Under the pieces are notes generated by a model that was given only the letters and a program-made list of their open reading frames with translations, did no database searches and was not told the DNA's origin. A stretch of 32,000 nt of DNA from Candidatus Hermodarchaeota archaeon (GTDB lineage Archaea > Asgardarchaeota > Heimdallarchaeia > Hodarchaeales > Hodarchaeaceae): NCBI GenBank assembly GCA_048886185.1, contig JBHLKY010000031.1, forward strand, positions 1-32,000. The letters run 5' to 3'. Position numbers and translations under genes: made by a program. Every line of letters starts with the position of its first letter. Position 1 is the first letter of the stretch. Positions 25,701 to 32,000 of this stretch are shown here, in pieces.

Positions 25701-28221
25701 GCCAAGTGTCTTTTGGAAAGACATTAGTTGCAATGGTAGTTTTAGTTGTATATGGTCCATGGTATAAAGCCTTATCCTCAATTCCAAATTCGATATTGCC
25801 ACCAGATCCAAGGAGTTTGAACTTAGTTGCATCCAATCCACTATCAGAGTCTTTGTGAAACCAAAATTCGACTGTTCCAATGGTTGCACTTGATGCGAAA
25901 TTCTTAGTCATGCCGACTCTATCTTTCCCAAAAGTACCTCTATCTTTCCTCAATTCTACAACATTCTTGTGGCCATAGAATTCTTCAAGAACTCTCAATT
26001 TGCCATATTGTCCTGGATAATATACGCTCCATCCAGACGGAGGATGCCCTGAAATTGTTATATCTGAATAGGGAACACCAACATCATCTTCAAAGCCATA
26101 AGAGGCTGGATAGTAACCACTCATTGGAGCTGAATAGATTTTATCCTCAGGTGAAATAAGATTAATAGTTTGATTAACAACAGTCACAGCTGGTTCTTGT
26201 TCTACACATTTTCTAACGAATACCCAATCGACCTGAATACTGGGGGGAGCTAGACCATCATAAGCACAATCATGGTAAGTGCGTGCTCGTAAAGCTCGAC
26301 CTACACTCCCAACTGTATCCACAGACCTAACTGCACCACTACACCCCCAACCAGGGCCATAATATGTTGCGTGGGTCAAAATTCTTATCCCTAGAGGCAT
26401 ATCAGGAATACATGTGCTATTAGTGTGAGTAATAATTGAAGTACCGTTATTATACTGAACTAAAGAATCAGATATCCACCGAATATCCCTTGTATCCCAA
26501 GTTCGCATGGCAAGAGCATTATCTACTACGAGACTTGCAGTCGCAGCTTTAGTTTGTATCTGATGTCCACGACCTAATGAACCAAAATTAATGGAATTAT
26601 TCGTATATGCATTATAAGGGGCTGGAGGTTTAGTTAGGTAAAAATCATTGAAGCCTATTACAGCACCTCCATTTCGTTCATTAACATCATCTATATATGT
26701 AGTGACTGTTAATACCCCTCCTGAAACAATTGTTGAACTGTATTGATCATTATCGGTTATCCATTTGCTTGTATTCACAGTAGATCCTTCAAAATCATCA
26801 AAGAAAATGAACGTGTCATCTCCATCACTTTCAGACGAAGCAGATGGATTACCATAATACATATACAACGAAGAGGTACCTGGTGAAGGGATCTTAACCC
26901 AAATCATTGATACTCCTGTAGGATTCCACGTTTCAATCCAATAACTTAAGGGATTGGTATATATATCATAGAAACGGAGATCACGCCCATCAAAGTTAGC
27001 GAGTGAATAGTCGAAATTATTGGGATTAAGATTTACTTTAATTTGATAATCAGCTTCAGGAGTCGCTGGATCTACCCTGATAAGGCTTACATGGATGTTA
27101 TCAACTCTTGCTAATGGTTCTTGTTCTACACATTTTCTAACGAATACCCAATCGACCTGAATACTGGGGGGAGCTAGACCATCATAAGCACAATCATGGT
27201 AAGTGCGTGCTCGTAAAGCTCGACCTACACTCCCAACTGTATCCACAGACCTAACTGCACCACTACACCCCCAACCAGGGCCATAATATGTTGCGTGGGT
27301 CAAAATTCTTATCCCTAGAGGCATATCAGGAATACATGTGCTATTAGTGTGAGTAATAATTGAAGTACCGTTATTATACTGAACTAAAGAATCAGATATC
27401 CACCGAATATCCCTTGTATCCCAAGTTCGCATGGCAAGAGCATTATCTACTACGAGACTTGCAGTCGCAGCTTTAGTTTGTATCTGATGTCCACGACCTA
27501 ATGAACCAAAATTAATGGAATTATTCGTATATGCATTATAAGGGGCTGGAGGTTTAGTTAGGTAAAAATCATTGAAGCCTATTACAGCACCTCCATTTCG
27601 TTCATTAACATCATCTATATATGTAGTGACTGTTAATACCCCTCCTGAAACAATTGTTGAACTGTATTGATCATTATCGGTTGTCCATTTGCTTGTATTC
27701 ACAGCAGATCCTTCAAAATCATCAAAGAAAATGAATGTGGCATCTCCATCACTTTCAGACATAGCAGTAGGATTCCCATAATACATGTGGATCGTGGATG
27801 TACCTACATTAGGCACCTTGACCCAAATTATCGATTTTCCAGCAGGATTCCAACTTTCAATCCAGTAACTTAAAGGAGTATTTAACGGGTCATAAAAGCG
27901 TAGATCACTCCCATCTGGTTTAGCTTTGGAATAATTAAAACTATAAGGATTAAGTATGACCTTAACTTGGTAGTTTGGTTCAGGAGTAACAGGATCTAAT
28001 GTTAAATTACTCTCATAACTCCATCCCAAGGGGATATCAGTGATGCTTGCTAAAATATTGTCCTCATGTCTATCATTAGGTGTAAGATTAATCAGAGTGT
28101 TGTTACCTACATTCTCTAAATATATGTTAATACTCAATGTTCCAGAGTAAACAAATAGCACAATTATCCCTATAACAATACTATACCTTAGAACAACTTT
28201 TCTTGGTTTTATCCAATTCAT
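22756..28221 (-). CDS. 1821-aa surface protein: two tandem DUF2341-containing units, two GYYPAS...GYSWDP modules, six Ig-like repeats, PGF-type C-terminal anchor
   Basis: DGSDLRFYD...LSYWIESW...IWVKVP...IHMYYGNP.A.SESDGD.TFIFFDDFEG (DUF2341 hallmark) occurs twice; tail APGFELTTTAIFILFF...RRRKRK; GGGAG RBS. Confidence 0.9.
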   Translation of the reverse strand: MNWIKPRKVVLRYSIVIGIIVLFVYSGTLSINIYLENVGNNTLINLTPNDRHEDNILASITDIPLGWSYESNLTLDPVTPEPNYQVKVILNPYSFNYSKAKPDGSDLRFYDPLNTPLSYWIESWNPAGKSIIWVKVPNVGTSTIHMYYGNPTAMSESDGDATFIFFDDFEGSAVNTSKWTTDNDQYSSTIVSGGVLTVTTYIDDVNERNGGAVIGFNDFYLTKPPAPYNAYTNNSINFGSLGRGHQIQTKAATASLVVDNALAMRTWDTRDIRWISDSLVQYNNGTSIITHTNSTCIPDMPLGIRILTHATYYGPGWGCSGAVRSVDTVGSVGRALRARTYHDCAYDGLAPPSIQVDWVFVRKCVEQEPLARVDNIHVSLIRVDPATPEADYQIKVNLNPNNFDYSLANFDGRDLRFYDIYTNPLSYWIETWNPTGVSMIWVKIPSPGTSSLYMYYGNPSASSESDGDDTFIFFDDFEGSTVNTSKWITDNDQYSSTIVSGGVLTVTTYIDDVNERNGGAVIGFNDFYLTKPPAPYNAYTNNSINFGSLGRGHQIQTKAATASLVVDNALAMRTWDTRDIRWISDSLVQYNNGTSIITHTNSTCIPDMPLGIRILTHATYYGPGWGCSGAVRSVDTVGSVGRALRARTYHDCAYDGLAPPSIQVDWVFVRKCVEQEPAVTVVNQTINLISPEDKIYSAPMSGYYPASYGFEDDVGVPYSDITISGHPPSGWSVYYPGQYGKLRVLEEFYGHKNVVELRKDRGTFGKDRVGMTKNFASSATIGTVEFWFHKDSDSGLDATKFKLLGSGGNIEFGIEDKALYHGPYTTKTTIATNVFPKDTWLHIRVDFDITQGGWQIQLNNTWYGSGYAFLFEGSPIDIYGFDLRSHGIEFQSGNPLHDFYLDALGYSWDPCYNIGDNLKEGLLLDFEPPTKSRTDWAGYYPASEGFEDVSVGTEPDNWGWWQGGSIQPTSVDIQVLNSKTDAYGNFHSKVLYCKDNDAGPILVADGFFNNVITSGTLEFWVLHEAPGTNWRVSWGLLKAASPYDYTVRVADEYNEFEYFDGNTSIDTGITFSENKWYRLSIDFSDDGTYAGLAPHHYRVRLYDSDGSTLIYESPDAEFQYHGSSSGIHVSTGDSVQSNLYFDAFGYSWDPNYNIGDNRFEAVNEGSEPADLSWIGYSLDNSSYIPIEGKTSIVLPATGSHTIQLYITDILDNWYTSEQRSFFCLLSVPSITSPSDFSIFHGDTGYSILWSVTDLFPANYSVYRNGTIYRTGSWTNYVLVWLDGLEEGVHNFTCVVENAYGRTSSDEVWIRVLPSAPDTTPPSISSPNDVSFEEGSIGYSIIWTGSDDRTPWWASVRKNMTLIYDKAWIGNDIVISLDGVATGLYKYNCTLFDEAGNSVYDVVWVNVTEAVPDTESPVNMPPGSLEFEKGTTGHILHWICLDNHPFAYTILINDTEELFNPWHGENISYSVDHLPIGTWNVTLTLYDLASNTASSSVIVTVNPEAPDVTPPTVSQPAKSIIAENTAGTIIWEVDDKYPDRYMITRNGSIIYEKSSWVSGIIQYHYTSLPLGTWEFILTVWDVAGHSASGIAIVEVIPTGEADTFPPTISQIQDVVFTYGTLNNYIIAYLFDVHPQGYLISIGTDTIIVEHTWTSPNIKVEFCLDGLVVGNYNIIIIAWDTFGNNASRSVSVTVQGDTDPPILVHLPDITVEENINITLTWQVTDETPSHYELIMLPNGDIEQSGSWSGTSIEIVITALPLDTYQYRLIVYDMSGNYAIDDFTLIVVPKTGRAPGFELTTTAIFILFFTKFRSYFNLRRRKRK
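26191..26758 (-). repeat. 568-bp perfect intragenic repeat, copy 2
   Basis: Identical base by base to 27115..27682 (offset 924 bp = 308 codons) by manual comparison. Confidence 0.93.
27115..27682 (-). repeat. 568-bp perfect intragenic repeat, copy 1
   Basis: Identical to 26191..26758; homology continues without indels but diverged to 27998 (vs 27074). Confidence 0.93.
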
Positions 28222-28480
28222 GGTTTCTGACTCCCACTTTTAACATGATAAATTCCCTATATGGAATTTAATTTCTATAATGACTAAATTTCAGGTGTGT
28301 GAGGATGTACATGCTTATAGATTCATTGTATTAGCTCTACCACCCTGATCTATTCTGCATCGGTTAAGTCATCAAAAATCTGTATATGATCATGAATTAT
28401 TTATTTATTTTCGCTGTACTACCAGGGTCATATTATATTTTTCTTAATTAAAAAAGAAATAAAAGAAATAAATGGCTAGA

Positions 28481-28508
28481 ATCCAACAGTAATTCTACAA
28501 AAATCTTT
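28481..28508 (+). repeat. Intergenic CCAAC-motif copy 7
   Basis: atccaac agtaa ttctacaa aaatcttt; 21/26 identical to the copy at 148. Confidence 0.55.
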
Positions 28509-28570
28509 TTATTTTATTTACCTAATCGTGCAATGTAGAGGAGAATTTTAAATTAAGCTCAGCAAAGTTT

Positions 28571-28741
28571 CACAGGACATTAACGTTAGTAATTTCAACC
28601 TTTTTTCTTGGGTTATCATTTAATTGGATTGCCTATCAAACCAAGTCCATAAGGTGGGCTGTTGTTATCCATGTTTTAATTTCATTTTTTGCTTTCGGAA
28701 AACCCCATATTACTATTCTCTATGATTTATTATTTGCTTAA
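28571..28741 (+). pseudogene. 3' remnant of a second CPBP-family protease gene
   Basis: Start-less frame ...LVISTFFLGLSFNWIAYQTKSIRWAVVIHVLISFF...* resembles the CPBP C-terminal G..F......T.S.......H motif; open only from 28526. Confidence 0.6.
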
Positions 28742-28780
28742 ATTAAGGATACCGATACTTCTATGTAAAATGTGTTACTT

Positions 28781-28815
28781 AACCAACGCTATTTGCATAA
28801 TTTTTATATGAAAAA
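28781..28815 (+). repeat. Intergenic CCAAC-motif copy 8
   Basis: aaccaac gctat ttgcataa tttttatatgaaaaa, 39 bp after the stop of the CPBP remnant. Confidence 0.6.
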
Positions 28816-28950
28816 ACAGACAAGAAAGTATATATGTCCTAACAGGGAAAGAGCTTCCGAAGAGGACTAATACATGATTAGTAAATATTTAAATATTAGG
28901 TTTAACAACCCCGTTATGCAACATTGACTTTCAATGACCACTCTCCTTAA

Positions 28951-29320
28951 AATTCTATAAACTATAAAGGGAACTTAATACAAGAGAAAGGTTTTGACTG
29001 GTGTGAACCTGTTTTTCAAATTCAGAACCTTTTTATTTGTGATGAAAATGAAGATTTAAACTTGATCCTTTTCATTCAGATTGCTACAAATCCAACTTCG
29101 GGATTAAAAGCTTCAACGTCAGTCTACTTTAACATTTACCATGAAATTATTTAGTGTGATTTATCAAGTCCTAATTTCTTTTATGTATGAGATCTCAATT
29201 AAATATGGAATAATCGATAAAACTCCTGTTCTTGTCATTGATAGAGTATTAACATGGCTGAATAATAACAGTTTCTATGAAAAAATCGCTGAACTAATAG
29301 GAAATGATTTCCATTCTTAA
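28951..29320 (+). pseudogene. Decayed ORF of an unknown protein
   Basis: NYKGNLIQEKGFDWCEPVFQIQNLFICDE...YHEII* continuing in another frame as YEISIKYGIIDKTPVLVIDRVLTWL...DFHS*; no start codon. Confidence 0.4.
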
Positions 29321-29386
29321 AAAGGGGTCTTATTACGGAATTAGTAATCCACTCGTGTTGATTGGGGTCTGTTTTAGTTTTTAGAA

Positions 29387-29675
29387 ATGATCTTTTTTTT
29401 GGCAGGTATACTGTTTGGCCCCTGGTTGAAGAATTAGGAATTATTTTGATGCAGATCTAACACAGCTTTTTGTCTGAGAAATGGAGAGATGAAAGTGGCA
29501 GAGCGTTTCTATTCATCCAAAGCTTTGAACCATCAGAAGAGGAAGAGGAAGCATTTTGAGATTCGAGATCCAAGCAATCATCATTAAGACCATCCTTTGG
29601 TATTCCCTCTTGGGGGTTTTGATTGGCGGATTAGATGTAGGAATATTATTCTTAGTAGACCCCTCTTTCCTTTAA
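29387..29675 (+). pseudogene. Decayed membrane-protein ORF
   Basis: MIFFLAGILFGPWLKN*, then a shifted frame with three in-frame TGA ending in IIIKTILWYSLLGVLIGGLDVGILFLVDPSFL*. Confidence 0.4.
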
Positions 29676-29778
29676 TCACTCCTGATTCCCCTTGAAAAAT
29701 AAAAAAAGATTAGAGAAACTCTCTAATCGCATTGGCCTCTATTATGAAGTGTATATAACGCTCTTAAATAGATATAAG

Positions 29779-30600
29779 TCAAGTAAGATCCGCTTCTATA
29801 CCAATCCAGTTCATATCACCCGAGGGAGAACCATCACCCATGATATAAGTATGTGTCATTCGAGTATAATAACTCCAGAAAAAGTAGTACTTGAAGTATA
29901 TTATGACTTTAAATCTTACCTTCTCAATGTAAAGCCAATTTTGTTGCCAGCGTCCTCCACCAAAATCCTCATACCAGTACTTGCCATTGTCATACAATCT
30001 AGCCATATCATTATCCACTGCTAATTTAAAGAGAGCAGTAAATCTGTGGTCTTCATCGCTATTAGAACTTCTAAACCAACCAATGTAACGATAATCTCCG
30101 CTGACAGAATTCTTAGAAGCCTCCGAAGCTGTTGGGTCACCTGTGCAGCTCCAACTAAAACTGTAACCATATACCGTATATCCTGCAGTCCATGTCCATT
30201 GACGTGTCCCTGAAGCCTCATATTCATACGACCCCCATTTTATCATATTCTCTGGGATTGGATCCCAATAATAATGGGTCCAAGTTTGCGGGGGTTGCCC
30301 TGGATAGTCGACATACCTCATTTTATGGCGATAATATGCAGTGACATACACTTTCACCTCGAAACGATCTTCTTCATTTGCGTAGACGGTCAAACCATAT
30401 GACGTAGTCCCACCCTGTGCGTCATCTACATACACTACATCTGCTTGGCACCAGACCTTGGAGTTACTAATTCCAGAACCTAGGGTCTCAAACCCATATC
30501 GTTCGATGTATCCTAGTGCTGGTGTGATCTGTCCAAAGAAAAAAATGAAAGAAATCAATGCAGTGCACAATATCAATTTGATTCTTCGCTCCAAAATCAT
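29779..30600 (-). CDS. Secreted Tyr/Trp-rich, beta-strand-like protein of unknown function
   Basis: AGGAGGA RBS, signal peptide ending PALG, about 29 Tyr and 13 Trp in 273 aa by my count, no TM anchor. Confidence 0.8.
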   Translation of the reverse strand: MILERRIKLILCTALISFIFFFGQITPALGYIERYGFETLGSGISNSKVWCQADVVYVDDAQGGTTSYGLTVYANEEDRFEVKVYVTAYYRHKMRYVDYPGQPPQTWTHYYWDPIPENMIKWGSYEYEASGTRQWTWTAGYTVYGYSFSWSCTGDPTASEASKNSVSGDYRYIGWFRSSNSDEDHRFTALFKLAVDNDMARLYDNGKYWYEDFGGGRWQQNWLYIEKVRFKVIIYFKYYFFWSYYTRMTHTYIMGDGSPSGDMNWIGIEADLT

Positions 30601-30742
30601 TCCTCCTTTTGATATCCCTATTTATAGGGTAATTTGGAGTTCTTCGTGATTACTCTTAACTTTTGAGGACTCTCAAAAGTGCAAATTACATGGAAAAAAA
30701 TGTATTTTTTTTTACTCTAACGATATATAAAAACATTAACTT

Positions 30743-30768
30743 ACCCAACGCTATGTGAATAATTTTTA
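30743..30768 (+). repeat. Intergenic CCAAC-motif copy 9
   Basis: acccaac gctat gtgaataa ttttta; close to the copy at 28781. Confidence 0.6.
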
Positions 30769-30888
30769 CTAATACTTTTTCTCAATACTTATTCGAATTT
30801 TAAAGCGATTGAAATTCTTGTTATTATTGGAGGAGTATTTTATGCAGTAGCAGCAGCCATTTATCTCATTCAGAATAAAGTCAGGTGA
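30763..30888 (+). pseudogene. 3' remnant of a membrane-protein gene coupled to the HTH gene
   Basis: Start-less 41-codon frame FLLILFLNTYSNFKAIEILVIIGGVFYAVAAAIYLIQNKVR*; its TGA overlaps the GTG of the next gene (GTGA). Confidence 0.55.
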
Positions 30889-31097
30889 CTATCACGAAAA
30901 ACAGATTAAAGGAATTATGTGTAAAACACGATATGACACAGGAGAATCTTGCAATAAAACTTAGTATCACCAGACGAACTATCATTGCTATTGAAAAGGA
31001 AAGATATAATCCTTCTCTTACTCTTGCTTTCAAAATGGCTATGTTTTTCGAATGTTCTATTGAGGAGATCTTCTTATATGATAATCCTAAGACGTGA
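30885..31097 (+). CDS. XRE/Cro-C1-type HTH transcriptional regulator
   Basis: KNRLKEL...HDMTQENLA..L.ITRRTIIAIEKERYNPSLTLAFKMA.FF...IEEIF. Confidence 0.88.
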   Translation: MTITKNRLKELCVKHDMTQENLAIKLSITRRTIIAIEKERYNPSLTLAFKMAMFFECSIEEIFLYDNPKT

Positions 31098-31167
31098 TTC
31101 TAAAAATTACCTTAAACTCTAACTTGGTATGAACAACCTGATTAAGATTAATAAGGAAGCATGTTCA

Positions 31168-31965
31168 TTATTTACCGTTTATTTTTATTTTTTTCCAGAA
31201 TTTATACCATTTGACAATTGTATTATCATGAATGAAAACACCAAAATCCCCAAGAGGTTTAATTTCTTTGATTCTTGGGATGATTTCTTGATCTTTTTTC
31301 CCTTCGTCTAAAAATTTCATCATCCCCTTTTTAACTTCAAGGACATATTCTAGAATCGAATTCACTTCTTCATTTGTCATAATCTCTCCGTGGCCAATAA
31401 TGATATAGTCAGTATTTAAAGAAACATATTCTTTCAGAGCAGAAATCCATTTTTCAGGATCACTATTACGTCCTCCCCATAGAAAATCAGATCGTAAATT
31501 ATCACCTGTTGCTAATAGTTTATGCCCAGGAGAATAAACAAAACTTGAATCAGGTGTATGGCCCCCTGTTTGCTTGACAATTACTTTGAAATCAGATTCT
31601 TGAAGACTATATTCTTCTTCAAAAGTAACATTAGGAAAAACAAGGGAGAAATTTTGAGATGGTTTACGTTTAGCTGCTTTCAACAATTTTACCAATTGAT
31701 TAGAAGCAATTATTTGACAATCAGAAAACAGTGGTAAGCTGTGAGTATGGTCACTATGAAAATGGGTTAATACTACATATTCAATCTTATTCTTAAATAA
31801 CGATTCAGCTTCTGCTCGAATCTCACTTGCTTCAGTGACATTCCTTCCACAATCAATCATAAGACTTTTTGAACCTAGGTTCAAGATAGCAATATTTGCA
31901 TGTCCAGGAAAAAGGAGAATATTTTTTGAGAGTCGGACTGACTTTAGTATCTCTTTTTGCTTCAA
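31168..31965 (-). CDS. MBL-fold metallo-hydrolase
   Basis: THFHSDH (HxHxDH), GHTPDS, TGD, IGHG; TTG start after a GAGGTGA RBS. Confidence 0.92.
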   Translation of the reverse strand: MKQKEILKSVRLSKNILLFPGHANIAILNLGSKSLMIDCGRNVTEASEIRAEAESLFKNKIEYVVLTHFHSDHTHSLPLFSDCQIIASNQLVKLLKAAKRKPSQNFSLVFPNVTFEEEYSLQESDFKVIVKQTGGHTPDSSFVYSPGHKLLATGDNLRSDFLWGGRNSDPEKWISALKEYVSLNTDYIIIGHGEIMTNEEVNSILEYVLEVKKGMMKFLDEGKKDQEIIPRIKEIKPLGDFGVFIHDNTIVKWYKFWKKIKINGK

Positions 31966-32000
31966 TGTATCACCTCTATTGACCTATACTAGAAAAAAAA

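Noticed and set aside
26191-27998. Diversity-generating retroelement (TR/VR pair)
   Set aside because: Both copies are in-frame parts of one ORF, mismatches near the boundary are mixed (C/A, A/G, G/A, C/T on the coding strand) rather than adenine-specific, and no reverse transcriptase is in the window.
28790-28817. Xer/dif-like site (atttgcataa-ttttta-tatgaaa)
   Set aside because: The left arm resembles XerC boxes, but the right arm is poor and the pattern is not kept in sister copies of the motif.
29475-29528. TGA recoding (selenocysteine or alternative genetic code)
   Set aside because: Intact genes end in TGA (3255, 5850, 22756, 31097), and the frame also needs a frameshift upstream; decay is simpler.
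5084-30649. Short ORFs nested in or antisense to larger genes (e.g. 5084, 5313, 6902, 7710, 9595, 10304, 11459, 12290, 12994, 16108, 17904, 18091, 18997, 22375, 24651, 25110, 25437, 25676, 25686, 27667, 29692, 30021, 30458)
   Set aside because: They are shadow frames of well-supported CDSs with no motifs or independent start signals.
148-30768. CRISPR array interpretation of the recurring motif
   Set aside because: The conserved core is under 15 bp and copies are 0.3-12 kb apart with genes between; there is no regular repeat-spacer structure and no cas gene.
31168-31965. Beta-lactamase / resistance gene
   Set aside because: HxHxDH defines only the MBL superfamily; there is no signal peptide or subclass B motif evidence.

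Overview
A ~35% GC window, most likely archaeal. Inferred as Asgard/Heimdallarchaeia-like from the TrmB regulator, GGTGA-type ribosome-binding sites, expanded beta-helix proteins and PGF/PGW-like C-terminal anchors; no marker gene is present to prove this. It is an accessory, cell-surface-rich region. It holds three tandem parallel beta-helix (NosD/CASH-like) genes, the first with a TM helix and cytoplasmic winged-HTH. A patchwork of unrelated small genes follows: aldo/keto reductase, fused YdjM-like hydrolase, extended SDR, TrmB, Zn-finger methyltransferase, DUF2721-like, DUF998-like and a CPBP protease. Two translationally coupled giant surface proteins (1821 and 1652 aa) come next, then a 1.5 kb stretch of gene fragments, a secreted Tyr/Trp-rich protein, an XRE HTH and an MBL-fold hydrolase. 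The most unexpected signal is a 7-bp A(A/C/T)CCAAC core, usually followed by GYTA, found nine times in intergenic DNA and always on the + strand. It sits at junctions between unrelated modules and next to truncated genes, and resembles the R'' box (RYYYAAC) of integron attC sites. This may be a decayed cassette-like recombination array, but I found no intact attC hairpin and no integrase. No rRNA, tRNA, CRISPR array, transposase or reverse transcriptase was recognised. All family assignments come from motif recognition by eye, not database searches.
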